The position numbers and the translations under genes were made by a program. Below, one piece after another: positions 27,424-37,973 of a stretch of 64,000 bases of DNA (the first letter of the stretch is position 1; every line of letters begins with the position of its first letter). Under the pieces are notes generated by a model. The model was not told the DNA's origin. It made no database searches and saw only the letters and a program-made list of their open reading frames with translations. This stretch comes from Spirochaetia bacterium. Lineage in GTDB: Bacteria; Spirochaetota; Spirochaetia; SZUA-6; Bin103. The DNA lies in NCBI GenBank assembly GCA_965203055.1, contig OZ241863.1, positions 960,001-1,024,000 on the forward strand. The letters are read 5' to 3'.

Positions 27424-28290
27424 TCACTCTCTCGGCGGAATCCCCTTGCTCGCGGACTTCGTCAGTGGCTCGCGCGTTGCCGCGCCGGCGTTGGCAACGA
27501 CGACCTCGATCCCGCGGCGCTCGAACTCGGCGCGGTCGTCCGCGCCGATGCCGTCGTCGGTGATGAAGGTGTGAATCAGGTCCAGCCCGCCGAGCGCCGC
27601 AAGGGCGGACGTGCCGAGCTTCGTGGAATCGGCCACCAGATACACCTGATCTGCTGAAGCGATCATCGCGCGCTTCACCTGGATGTCGTTGAACCCCGGG
27701 TACGTAAGACCGGCGGCGAAGGAGATCCCCCCGGCGGCGAGGAAGAGCTTGTCCACGTGAACCTTGTCGAAGAACGCGGCGGCCCGCTCGCCGGTCAGAG
27801 ACAGCGTCGGACCCTTGAACTCACCGCCCGTGACCATGACCTCGAAACCGAAGTGCCCTCCCAGGAGCAGCGCGATGTTCAAGGCATTGGTGACGATCGT
27901 GAGGTTGCGCTTGCCCTCCAGGTTCTTGGCTACTTCGGTAACCGTAGAACCTGCGTCCAGGATGATGGTGTCACCGTCACCCACGAACTCCGCGACCTTG
28001 CGGCCAATCGCGCTCTTGCGCTGCATGTTCTCGGTGTGTTGCAGGCTGAGACTCCGCACCTGGTCGGGGATGCTCTTGAGGAACGCGCCGCCGTACTCGC
28101 GTATGATCAGGCCATCCTCCTGCAGACGCTCCAGGTCCTGGCGGATCGTTGGTTCCGAGACGGAGAACACCCGGCTGAGTTCGCTGACCCGCGCGCTGCC
28201 CTCCTCCTGCAGCAGCTCGAGGATTCTCACCCGCCGCTGCTGGCCAAGAAGATTCGATGGCCCTTTGCTCGAATTCGCTTTGGTTGCCAT
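27424..28290 (-). CDS. DeoR/GlpR family transcriptional regulator
   Basis: VSEPTIRQDL HTH, ILDAGST, VTNAL, ADSTK. Confidence 0.93.
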   Translation of the reverse strand: MATKANSSKGPSNLLGQQRRVRILELLQEEGSARVSELSRVFSVSEPTIRQDLERLQEDGLIIREYGGAFLKSIPDQVRSLSLQHTENMQRKSAIGRKVAEFVGDGDTIILDAGSTVTEVAKNLEGKRNLTIVTNALNIALLLGGHFGFEVMVTGGEFKGPTLSLTGERAAAFFDKVHVDKLFLAAGGISFAAGLTYPGFNDIQVKRAMIASADQVYLVADSTKLGTSALAALGGLDLIHTFITDDGIGADDRAEFERRGIEVVVANAGAATREPLTKSASKGIPPRE

Positions 28291-28524
28291 GTGGATGAGT
28301 ATGCCGTGACCTCCAGTCTTGAGAATGCCCGGATTACGCGTGAAGCGCAACCGGGGAGGCAAGCGGGACGCCGATTTCGACGCCGAGATCAGACGGCTGA
28401 AGTTCATATCCAATAATGATTTGCTGGCAAACGATCGCGCCCGGCCGATAGCCTGCGACTCGCTCGTCTCGGCCAGCTGCGCGGGTATACTATAGGCGAA
28501 CGAAGAATAACGTGCAACAATGAG

Positions 28525-28553
28525 TTGACCATCACCAGAGGATCACTTACGAT
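28525..28553 (+). promoter_or_regulatory. Sigma70 promoter of the apiose operon
   Basis: TTGACC-N17-TACGAT; AACGAAG..AACG motif upstream. Confidence 0.6.
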
Positions 28554-28582
28554 GATCTGCGGATTTCAGACGGAGCGTGCAG

Positions 28583-29431
28583 ATGACGAATCGAGAGTTG
28601 GCTCTGAAGTCGGTCCGCTACCGCCAGACGGTGCTGCGGATCATCAAGGAGGCCGGGGCAGGCCACACCGGGGGCAGCCTGTCGTGTATCGACATTCTCA
28701 ACGTCTTGTACAACGAGGTGTTGAACGTCTCCCCCGCTACCGTTTCGGCCCCCGCCCGGGATCGGTACGTCCACAGCAAGGGTCACTCCGTCGAGGCGCT
28801 CTACACCGTCCTCGCCGACCGGGGGTTCTTCCCCGATTCGCAGTTGCGCACGTTGAGCCGCTACCGGTCGCACTTCGTCGGGCACCCGACCCGGAAGGTC
28901 AACGGCATCGAGCACAACACCGGCGCCCTCGGGCACGGCCTGTCGGTGGCGGTGGGGATGGCGCTGGCCGGCGCGAGGAGCGGGCTTCGATTCCGGGTGT
29001 TCGCGCTGCTGGGCGACGGTGAGCTTACCGAGGGTTCGGTCTGGGAGGCGGCGATGGCGGCGGCTCATTATCGGCTGGACAACCTGGTCGTCATCGTCGA
29101 TCGCAACGGACTGCAGATCACCGGGCGCACGGAGGAGGTGATGGGTCTGGAGCCGTTGGCGCAGCGGTTCTCCGCGTTCGGCCTGGAGGTGCGCGCCTGC
29201 GACGGCAATGACATCGCGGAGCTGCGTACCGCGTTCGAGGAGATTCCCTTTGCTTCGGGACGGCCTGGCTTGCTGCTCGCCCGCACGGTCAAGGGCAAGG
29301 GGGTGAGCTTCATGGAGGACCGGGCCCGGTGGCACCACCACGTGCCGAGTGACGAGGAGCTCCGGTTGGCGTTGCGAGAGCTGCGGAGTGCCGCGGCTGA
29401 GTTGCAGGCAGGGCACCCTCTGAGCAGATAA
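28583..29431 (+). CDS. aptA: Split transketolase N-terminal subunit (probable apulose-4-phosphate transketolase A)
   Basis: GHTGGSLS, SKGH, TGALGHG, GDGE...WEA ThDP motif; apiose-pathway context. Confidence 0.8.
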   Translation: MTNRELALKSVRYRQTVLRIIKEAGAGHTGGSLSCIDILNVLYNEVLNVSPATVSAPARDRYVHSKGHSVEALYTVLADRGFFPDSQLRTLSRYRSHFVGHPTRKVNGIEHNTGALGHGLSVAVGMALAGARSGLRFRVFALLGDGELTEGSVWEAAMAAAHYRLDNLVVIVDRNGLQITGRTEEVMGLEPLAQRFSAFGLEVRACDGNDIAELRTAFEEIPFASGRPGLLLARTVKGKGVSFMEDRARWHHHVPSDEELRLALRELRSAAAELQAGHPLSR

Positions 29432-29445
29432 ACGAAAGGAAACGG

Positions 29446-29474
29446 TTGACATCGACAGTAGTCGAGTCTATAGT
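29446..29474 (+). promoter_or_regulatory. Near-consensus internal sigma70 promoter for the binding-protein gene
   Basis: TTGACA-N17-TATAGT; TCGAC-N4-GTCGA palindrome in spacer. Confidence 0.75.
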
Positions 29475-29497
29475 GTTCGGAGACTATCGGTAAGGAG

Positions 29498-30835
29498 ATG
29501 CGTATGGTCAAACCAAGCATGGTACTCGTTCTGGCGCTCCTGGTTGGGGCGCTGGCGTTTGCGTCCGGCGCAGAGGAGTCGAGCGCAGGCGCTTCCGGCG
29601 CGGAGGAGTTGACGTACTGGTTCTCTGCCTCGGAGCCGGAGATCGCGTATATGCGCGCAGCCGTGGACGAGTACAACGCGCAGTCCGGCGGCCCGCACAT
29701 CGAGTTCGTCGAACGCCCGGACAGCAACGAGGCGATGGCGACCGCCATTGCCGGCGGTCAGGGTCCGGACATTCTTCACTACAACCACAACACGGTGTGG
29801 TTCTTCGGTCTGGATTCCATCTACGACATACAGGAGTTCGTCCTGGACGACGAGATCGGGCTATCCTCAGAGTCGTTCATGCCGGCCCCGCGCATGTCGG
29901 TCAACTACGGCGGCAAGGTGATCGCGCTGCCGATCTCCTTCGGTCTCGGAGCGGTCATGTACAACGCCCGACTGATCGAAGAGGCGGGCCTCGATGCCAG
30001 CGATCCGCCGCAGACCTGGGCGGAATTCGAACAGTGGGCGGAGGCCTTGACGATTCGCGAAGGTGAGGAGACCGTGCAGTGGGCCGTCACCGCGGACTCG
30101 GTGGACTGGCTCCTGCAGGAGGTGATGTTCGCCAACGGCGGCGACTGGAACAACGACGACATGTCCGAGTACGCGCCATACAAGGAAGAGCTGATCGGCG
30201 GAGTCGCGTGGATCGACCGACTGGTCAACGAGTTGCAGGTCATGCCGATCCCCCGCGGGGTTACCTGGACCGGAACGTCACAGATGCTTGCCGGCGAACA
30301 GGGCTTCGAAAACGAGACGATCGCGATGAAGATCGGTTCGAGCGGGTTTGCTGATGAGATGGCAAGGAATCCTGATCTCCGCATCGGGCTGTTCCCGATC
30401 CCGCGCGGCCCGATGGCCGGCGACACGGTACGGATCAGCACCGGCTACAACGGCCTCCACGTGATGTTCAACTCAGCCGACCCGCGCGAGAGCTATCTGT
30501 TCATGAAGTGGATGGTGGAGAACAAGGCCGCGGACTACGCTTCCATCAACACGAGCTTTCCCGCATACGCCGGAAACCTGGATCGGTATCGGAACGATCC
30601 TACCTATGCGGCGATGGTGGATCACCTGCTGAAGAGCCCGGTGCGGCGGTTCCACGTCTTTCCCGCCCGGCTTGACGTACGCTCGCAAGAACCGGCCGTG
30701 GTGGAGAACGTGCTTCTGGGCCGCTTGACACCGCGCGAGTCGGTCGAGCAGTTCAAGGAGCATGCCAGGCGGGTGTTCAGCGAGAACCGCCGTGAGCTCG
30801 ACGAGTTCATCGCGATTCAGGAGCCAGTCTGGTAG
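29498..30835 (+). CDS. Carbohydrate ABC (CUT1) extracellular solute-binding protein
   Basis: Signal peptide + FASGAEE, GPDI, GKVIALP, PPQTWAE; AAGGAG RBS (start may be 29504). Confidence 0.88.
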   Translation: MRMVKPSMVLVLALLVGALAFASGAEESSAGASGAEELTYWFSASEPEIAYMRAAVDEYNAQSGGPHIEFVERPDSNEAMATAIAGGQGPDILHYNHNTVWFFGLDSIYDIQEFVLDDEIGLSSESFMPAPRMSVNYGGKVIALPISFGLGAVMYNARLIEEAGLDASDPPQTWAEFEQWAEALTIREGEETVQWAVTADSVDWLLQEVMFANGGDWNNDDMSEYAPYKEELIGGVAWIDRLVNELQVMPIPRGVTWTGTSQMLAGEQGFENETIAMKIGSSGFADEMARNPDLRIGLFPIPRGPMAGDTVRISTGYNGLHVMFNSADPRESYLFMKWMVENKAADYASINTSFPAYAGNLDRYRNDPTYAAMVDHLLKSPVRRFHVFPARLDVRSQEPAVVENVLLGRLTPRESVEQFKEHARRVFSENRRELDEFIAIQEPVW

Positions 30836-30871
30836 ACCCGCGTCTCGCGCAGGAGTGGGATGACGGAAACC

Positions 30872-30908
30872 GGCGCCTGTCCCGTAAGCAGAGACGAGGG
30901 CAGGCGCC
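30872..30908 (+). terminator. Intercistronic stem-loop after binding-protein gene
   Basis: GGCGCCTGTCC ... GGGCAGGCGCC inverted repeat with one G-U pair. Confidence 0.4.
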
Positions 30909-30935
30909 TTCTCGACCGCAGGTGCGGAGGCTGAG

Positions 30936-31925
30936 TTGCAGGCGGCAGGTTTGAGCAGCCAAGTCGATGGCTGGCGGCACCTTCCCGCTCTGCCGGCCGG
31001 CCGGCCGAACCAGGAGGTCTTTGCCGAGACGTTGCTGGAGGCGGCGCGGCGCGACCCGACCATCCTGGTAGTCACCAGCGATTCGCGAGGCTCGGCCCGG
31101 CTCGTGGAGTTCGCCAACGAGCTCCCCGACCGCATCGTGGAGGTCGGCATCGCGGAGCAGAACGTGGTCGGTATCGGGGCCGGTCTGGCCGCCGCGGGCC
31201 ACAAGGTCTTCGCCGTCTCGCCGGCATGCTTTCTCACCACCCGGGCGCTGGAGCAGATCAAGAACGACGTCGCCTATTCCGGTCACAAGGTAGTCCTGGT
31301 GGGGATCAGCGCCGGGGTGAGCTACGGCGCCTTGGGCTCGACCCACCACTCCCTCAACGATCTGGCATCGCTCAGGGCACTGCACAACCTTGACATCGTC
31401 GTGCCGGCTGACAACCGTCAGACGCGCCAGGCGGTGTTGGCGGCGCTCGACCACCCGCGCCCCCTCTACTTGCGATTTGGCAAGCGTCCGGTCCCGGATC
31501 TGCCCGCCGGCGCCGGCGAGTTCTCCATCGGACGCGGAGAATGCCTTGCCGGGGGTGCGGATGCCGCGCTGGTGGCCACCGGGGAGACGGTGTGGCGAGC
31601 CATGGCGGCGCGCTCGGCCCTCGCCGAGGAGGGGATCTCCTGCCGAGTTCTGAGTATGCACTCCATTCGCCCGTTCGACGGCGCCGCGCTTCTGGAAGCG
31701 GCGCGGTCGGTACGCGCAATAGTATGCATCGAGGAGCACTCGGTGCACGGCGGGCTTGGCGAGCAATGCGCGGCGTTGCTCATGCAGGAAGGGGCTCAGG
31801 TCCCCTATCGGATCATCGGCATTCCGGACGAGTACACGGTGACCGGCAGTCAAGAGGAGATTCTGTCGCACTACGGTATCTCGGCGACGGGCATCGCCGG
31901 CGAGATTCGCCGGCTGTTAGGTTAG
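30936..31925 (+). CDS. aptB: Split transketolase C-terminal subunit (probable apulose-4-phosphate transketolase B)
   Basis: SDSRGS, VGIAEQN, GSTHHS, EEHSVHGGLG; start uncertain. Confidence 0.8.
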   Translation: MQAAGLSSQVDGWRHLPALPAGRPNQEVFAETLLEAARRDPTILVVTSDSRGSARLVEFANELPDRIVEVGIAEQNVVGIGAGLAAAGHKVFAVSPACFLTTRALEQIKNDVAYSGHKVVLVGISAGVSYGALGSTHHSLNDLASLRALHNLDIVVPADNRQTRQAVLAALDHPRPLYLRFGKRPVPDLPAGAGEFSIGRGECLAGGADAALVATGETVWRAMAARSALAEEGISCRVLSMHSIRPFDGAALLEAARSVRAIVCIEEHSVHGGLGEQCAALLMQEGAQVPYRIIGIPDEYTVTGSQEEILSHYGISATGIAGEIRRLLG

Positions 31926-31940
31926 GTTAGGAGGAACGAC

Positions 31941-32912
<972 letters not shown>

Positions 32913-32917
32913 GCCCC

Positions 32918-34408
32918 ATGCACGTCCTGGCCGTGGATCAGAGCACCGCGTCCACGAAAGGCGTGATCTTCGATCAACGGGGCGCGGTCGTGGCGCGGGC
33001 GGCGCGGCCTCACCGCCAGCATCATCCCCGTACCGGCTGGGCCGAGCATGACGCGGAGGAGATCTACCGGAACCTCCTCGCGGTGATCGGAGAACTGGTC
33101 CGGGGCGCGGTGGACGCCGGGTCGCTCGCCAGCCTGGCCATCACCAATCAGCGCGAAACCGCGGTGGTCTGGGACCGGTGCTCCGGCCGTCCCGTGCACC
33201 CGGCGATAGTGTGGCAATGCATGCGGGGCGCCGAGGCCTGCCGCGAACTGCGCGCTCGGGGGCTCGAAGACCTGTTCCGGCAGCGCACCGGGCTGATTCT
33301 GGATCCATTCTTTTCGGCGAGCAAGATAGGGTGGGTATTGGAGCACGTGCCCGGCGCCCGCCGGAAGGCCGAATCAGGCCGGCTGCTGGCCGGCACCATC
33401 GACAGTTGGCTGGTGTGGAAGCTCACCGGAGGCAGTGTTCACGTCACCGACTTCTCCAATGCGAGCCGTACGCTGCTGCTGGATTTACGGCAACGGCGGT
33501 GGGACCCCGAGCTGTGCGCCCACTTCGGCATTCCCCTCGAGATGCTGCCCGAGCTGGTTTCCTCGAGCGGGCTCCACGGCGAGACGACCGCGGACGGCGC
33601 ATTGCGGGCGCCGGTACCGATCGCCGGTATCGCCGGCGACTCGCACGCCGCGCTCTTTGGCCAGCGCTGCTTCTCGCCCGGCGAGGTGAAGGTGACCGTG
33701 GGCACCGGCTCCTCGATCATGATGAACGTGGGCCCGCAGGTCCGTGATTCCGGCCGCGGGCTGGTCAGCTCGATCGGGTGGGGACTCGAGGAGCGGGTCG
33801 ACTACGTGCTGGAGGGAAACGTGCACTCGGCCGGCGACACCATCCAATGGCTGATCGAGGGACTCGAGCTGTTCGACGACGTCGAGACGATCGAGCGGCT
33901 GGCCGGCTCGGCCGCCGGCAGCGGCGGGGTGTGCCTCGTTCCTGCGTTCAGCGGCTTGGGAGCGCCCTACTGGGACAACGGCGCAACGGCAGTGCTGGCC
34001 GGGATGAGCCGCGATACCACCCGCGCCCACGTTGCCCGGGCGGCCGAAGAGAGCATCGCCTACCAGGTGCGCGACGTGCTGGAGGCGGCATGCGCGGTAG
34101 TGGGCGCCTCGCTGGCCGACCTGCAGCCGCGTTTCGACGGCGGCGCCAGCGAGAGCGATTTCCTGATGCAGACCATGGCGGATCTGATCGGCGCTCCGCT
34201 GCTGGCGGCGCCGCACCAGGACATGTCGGCTCTCGGTGTCGCTTTCATGGCCGGCCTGGCGACCGGGGTGTGGCAGGATACCGGCCAGATCGACGCGCTG
34301 CCCCTCGCCCCGCGCCGCTTCGAGCCCGCCCTGGCGGCCGGCGAGCGGGAAGCGCGCTACGCGCACTGGCTGGAAACCGTGCAGCGCGCCCGGCTGCGTC
34401 CGGAATGA
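32918..34408 (+). CDS. aplK: FGGY kinase (glycerol kinase-like), probable apulose kinase
   Basis: DQSTASTK, ITNQRET, TDFSNASRT, GDSHAAL, GLGAPYW; context. Confidence 0.75.
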   Translation: MHVLAVDQSTASTKGVIFDQRGAVVARAARPHRQHHPRTGWAEHDAEEIYRNLLAVIGELVRGAVDAGSLASLAITNQRETAVVWDRCSGRPVHPAIVWQCMRGAEACRELRARGLEDLFRQRTGLILDPFFSASKIGWVLEHVPGARRKAESGRLLAGTIDSWLVWKLTGGSVHVTDFSNASRTLLLDLRQRRWDPELCAHFGIPLEMLPELVSSSGLHGETTADGALRAPVPIAGIAGDSHAALFGQRCFSPGEVKVTVGTGSSIMMNVGPQVRDSGRGLVSSIGWGLEERVDYVLEGNVHSAGDTIQWLIEGLELFDDVETIERLAGSAAGSGGVCLVPAFSGLGAPYWDNGATAVLAGMSRDTTRAHVARAAEESIAYQVRDVLEAACAVVGASLADLQPRFDGGASESDFLMQTMADLIGAPLLAAPHQDMSALGVAFMAGLATGVWQDTGQIDALPLAPRRFEPALAAGEREARYAHWLETVQRARLRPE

Positions 34409-34423
34409 TAAGGAGATTGGATC

Positions 34424-35353
34424 ATGCGGAGCGGAGTCAGTCACACGGCGCCGGCAACGAAGCAACGACGTTCCGGGCTCACCGCGAAGCGCCAGGAAAT
34501 GCTCTTTGGACTCCTCTTCGCGGCGCCCGTAGTATTGCACCTCGTCATCTTCAAGTACTACCCGGTTCTCTATTCCATCGGCCTCAGTCTCTACCGGGGA
34601 ACACTGTTGAATCCGCTTCAGACCTTCTTCGGGCTGGGGAACTACCTCTTCGTGCTCCGCAACGAATACGCCATTCGCGGATTCGTGAATACGTTCCTCT
34701 ATGCGTTCATGTACGTTCCCGGCACGGTCGTGCTCGGAATCATATTGGGCTTGCTGGTCTCCAAGGAACGCGCCGGCAAGACCATCTTCCGGGTCGCCTA
34801 CTATACCCCGGTGGTCGTCTCCATCGTCGCCGCAGTGCAGGTCTGGTCGTGGGTCCTCAGTCCGAACAACTACGGCTTGGCGAACACTGCCCTGAAATTC
34901 CTCGGGCTCCCGGCCCTCCAGTGGTTCTATCATCCGAGCACCGCGCTTGCCTCCGTGGCGATCCTGGGATTCTGGAACGTCGGGCTCAACATGCTCATAT
35001 TCCTTGCGGCCATCAAGAACATCCCTTCCCAGCTCTACGAGTCCGCCACCGTGGACGGCGCCGGTCCCTGGAGGATGTTCTGGCGGATCACGATTCCGTT
35101 GCTGATGCCTACCATCTACTTCGTGACGATCACCGCCACGATCCTCTCGCTGCGCCTCTTTGAGCCGGTCCTGCTCCTGACCGGCGGCGGTCCGCTGAAC
35201 TCCACGACGACCGTGTCATTTCAGATCTACGAGCAGGCATTTCAATTTGCCCGCTGGGGGCGGGCGTCGGCGCAGGCCGCGATCTTCTTCTTCATCGTAC
35301 TCTTCATCACGGTGATTCAGTTCAAAGTGCTGCCCGAGTCGTACGAGAAGTAG
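34424..35353 (+). CDS. Carbohydrate ABC permease (MalF-type)
   Basis: LYESATVDGA EAA loop, LTGGGP. Confidence 0.92.
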   Translation: MRSGVSHTAPATKQRRSGLTAKRQEMLFGLLFAAPVVLHLVIFKYYPVLYSIGLSLYRGTLLNPLQTFFGLGNYLFVLRNEYAIRGFVNTFLYAFMYVPGTVVLGIILGLLVSKERAGKTIFRVAYYTPVVVSIVAAVQVWSWVLSPNNYGLANTALKFLGLPALQWFYHPSTALASVAILGFWNVGLNMLIFLAAIKNIPSQLYESATVDGAGPWRMFWRITIPLLMPTIYFVTITATILSLRLFEPVLLLTGGGPLNSTTTVSFQIYEQAFQFARWGRASAQAAIFFFIVLFITVIQFKVLPESYEK

Positions 35354-35367
35354 GTCAGGAGAAGGCC

Positions 35368-36213
35368 ATGCATCAGACTGACGTCTACCTGGTCAAGAAG
35401 CGTCTCAACTACTTGCTGTGGCTTCTCATTTGCGTTTCGTTCCTGCTCTTCTTCGTCGGTCCGTTCGTGTGGATGATAACGACCTCGTTCAAGGCCCCGG
35501 CCGACATCGTCCGCTTCCCTCCGCGATTCTTGCCTGAACGCTGGGTAGCTGACAACTACGCGACCATGTGGAACGAGCTGAATTGGTTGCCCATGTTCGC
35601 AAACAGCTTCTGGATTACCGGAGTCAGCGTCTTCCTGCTGGTAATGGTGAGCGCGCTGGGCGGATTCGCCTTTGCGAAGCTGCACTGGCCGATGAGGACG
35701 TTCTGCTTCCTCTTGATCGTTGCCGGACTGATCGTTCCGACCGAGGTGGACATAATACCGCGCTTCCTCATGATGACGAGTTGGGGACTTACCGGTACCT
35801 ACATTCCGGTGATTCTGCTGATCATCGGCCAGGGCTTCCAGACGTTCATGATTCGACAGTTCATCGGTACGATTCCCGACGATTACTTCGATGCGGCCAA
35901 GGTCGATGGGATGGGCTATATCTGGATGTTCCTCAAGATCGTGCTTCCGCTTGCCAAGGCCGGAGTCATTACGATGGCCATCTACTCAACCTTCATGGTC
36001 TGGAACCAGTACGTCTACCCGCTGATCTACCTCACCAAGCCGCATCAGTTCACGCTGCAGCTGGGGCTTGGTTTGCTGCAGCAGCGCCTCGTTGGTCAGT
36101 TTGGTCCGCTCATGGCGGCGGCCACCATGGTCAGCCTCCCGACGCTCATCATCTATCTGATGTTCCAGCGGCGCCTTACGAGCGGGATCGCAATGACCGG
36201 CGTGAAGGGGTAG
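35368..36213 (+). CDS. Carbohydrate ABC permease (MalG-type)
   Basis: DAAKVDG, WNQYVYPL, C-terminal GVKG. Confidence 0.92.
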   Translation: MHQTDVYLVKKRLNYLLWLLICVSFLLFFVGPFVWMITTSFKAPADIVRFPPRFLPERWVADNYATMWNELNWLPMFANSFWITGVSVFLLVMVSALGGFAFAKLHWPMRTFCFLLIVAGLIVPTEVDIIPRFLMMTSWGLTGTYIPVILLIIGQGFQTFMIRQFIGTIPDDYFDAAKVDGMGYIWMFLKIVLPLAKAGVITMAIYSTFMVWNQYVYPLIYLTKPHQFTLQLGLGLLQQRLVGQFGPLMAAATMVSLPTLIIYLMFQRRLTSGIAMTGVKG

Positions 36214-36215
36214 GG

Positions 36216-36245
36216 GCGGCGGGGGCGGCCATGCGCCCCCGCCGC
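36216..36245. terminator. Hairpin between convergent operons
   Basis: GCGGCGGGGGCG-N6-CGCCCCCGCCGC perfect 12-bp stem; no U tract. Confidence 0.55.
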
Positions 36246-36268
36246 AGCACTCCGCGCCGCAGCGCCTT

Positions 36269-37936
36269 CTACTTGTAGTTCTCGTAGGCGGCGTTCATGA
36301 TCTCCAGGTAGCGGGGCAGGCCGATCTTGTCGAGCTCGGCCAGGTAGCCGTTCCAGTCGTTGTCGTCGTTGATGTCCAGGCGGCCGGTCACGAACTTGGC
36401 CGCCGACTCGTAGACGAACGAGTTCACCACCGGGCGGATCTCGGAGACGACCTTGGCGTTGTCGACGTCGAGCGCCATGCGCGGCACCCACACGTCGGGG
36501 ATGTGATCGTAATAGACGTGCGACGAATCGATCAGGAAGCCCTCGTAGTTGAACTCCTCGGGATCGCCGCTGGAGCCGCCGAACAGGTCGGCCGGCATGA
36601 AGAACGGAGACGAGTGGATCCACGCCTGGGTCTGCTGCGGCTCCAGGAATACCGCGTCAGCGCCGAGGTTGGTGTGCACCGCCGGCTTGCCGTTGATGCC
36701 GATCTCGCCCGGCTCGGCCCAGCGCCAGTCGACTCCGAACACGCCCCACCAGTTGCGCACCGACGCCTCCCGCGAATACATGAAGTCGATCCACTTGTAG
36801 ACCGCGGCCGGGTTGTCGGCGTCCTTGGTGATCGCCGCGCTGTCGCCGGTCTTGGGTCCGGGCGGGAAGTAGCCGGCGCTGACGTGGCCATCGGGGCCGC
36901 GCAACGGCGGCACCACGCGGAAGTCGCCGGAGCCGCCGGAGTAGCCGCCGCGCCACGCGCCCAGCATGCCGCGGTGACCGACGGTGCCGGCGCCCACCCG
37001 CGGCGGTTCGCCCTCCACCAGCGGCGCCAGCGCCGACCGGTCGCGCACGAACATTTCCTCGTCGATCAGCCCTTCGGCGAACAGGCTGTGCACGTAGCGC
37101 ATTCCCTCGCGCCACTCCGGCTGCACGAACGCGGCCACGACCGCGCCATCCTGGACGTTGAGCATGTTGCCGTCGTCGGTATAGAGGAAGGCGTTCAGCA
37201 GGAACGGCCAGGGCCGCGTGTGCCAGCTATTGGCGAAGCCGGACAGCGCCAGCTCGTCGGCGACGCCGTTGCCGTTGGGATCCTGGGTCTTGAACGCGCG
37301 CAGCACGGTGCGCAGCTCCTCGGTGGTGGTGGGCACCGCCAGGCCCAGCTTGTCCAGCCACACCTGATTGATCCACATCTTCTGCGCCACGCCGCAGTGG
37401 TAGCACTCCTCGTAGGCGGTGAGCACGTACACGTTGCCGTCCGGTCCGGCGCTCTCCTTGAGGAAGTTGGGCGCCGCCTTCAGCACGTCGTTGATGTAGA
37501 AGCCGTGCTCGTCGACCAGGTCGTTGAGCGGGATGAACAGCCCCTGCGAGCCGTACAGGTGCTTCTCGTCGTTGCTGATCTGCATGCCCATCATCATGTC
37601 GGGCAGCTCGGAGCCGCTGTTCAGCAGCAGCGTGAACTTGGCCTTGGCGTCCTCGGAGCTGTTGACCGCATCCCACTCCCAGTGGATGTTGGTCTGTTCC
37701 TCCATCCACTTCGTCATCTCGTTGGCCTCGAAGTCGAGAATCGTGCGGGTATAGGACACGAAGGCGGTCATCGTGACCGGCTCCTCGACGATCGGCACCA
37801 CGCCGGGCGCCGACAGCTCGCCCATCGACATGGCGGCGCTCTCCTCCTCGCCGCTGGCAAACGCGCCGGCCGCGCCGCCTGCCGCCAGCGCCAGGGCCAG
37901 CAGCAGCGGCAGTGAATTACGAACGATACAGGTCAT
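36269..37936 (-). CDS. Extracellular solute-binding protein (LplA-like, oligosaccharide)
   Basis: FASGEEE leader, WINQVWLDKLGL..PTT, DPNGNG.ADE. Confidence 0.9.
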   Translation of the reverse strand: MTCIVRNSLPLLLALALAAGGAAGAFASGEEESAAMSMGELSAPGVVPIVEEPVTMTAFVSYTRTILDFEANEMTKWMEEQTNIHWEWDAVNSSEDAKAKFTLLLNSGSELPDMMMGMQISNDEKHLYGSQGLFIPLNDLVDEHGFYINDVLKAAPNFLKESAGPDGNVYVLTAYEECYHCGVAQKMWINQVWLDKLGLAVPTTTEELRTVLRAFKTQDPNGNGVADELALSGFANSWHTRPWPFLLNAFLYTDDGNMLNVQDGAVVAAFVQPEWREGMRYVHSLFAEGLIDEEMFVRDRSALAPLVEGEPPRVGAGTVGHRGMLGAWRGGYSGGSGDFRVVPPLRGPDGHVSAGYFPPGPKTGDSAAITKDADNPAAVYKWIDFMYSREASVRNWWGVFGVDWRWAEPGEIGINGKPAVHTNLGADAVFLEPQQTQAWIHSSPFFMPADLFGGSSGDPEEFNYEGFLIDSSHVYYDHIPDVWVPRMALDVDNAKVVSEIRPVVNSFVYESAAKFVTGRLDINDDNDWNGYLAELDKIGLPRYLEIMNAAYENYK

Positions 37937-37973
37937 CTTTCGACCTCCTTGTTGGGGTACGGGATGGAGAGGC

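Noticed and set aside
32918..34408. Glycerol kinase glpK
   Set aside because: Has WQC and GDSH instead of WQD and GDQQ, and lies in an apiose-type cluster; AplK is the better fit.
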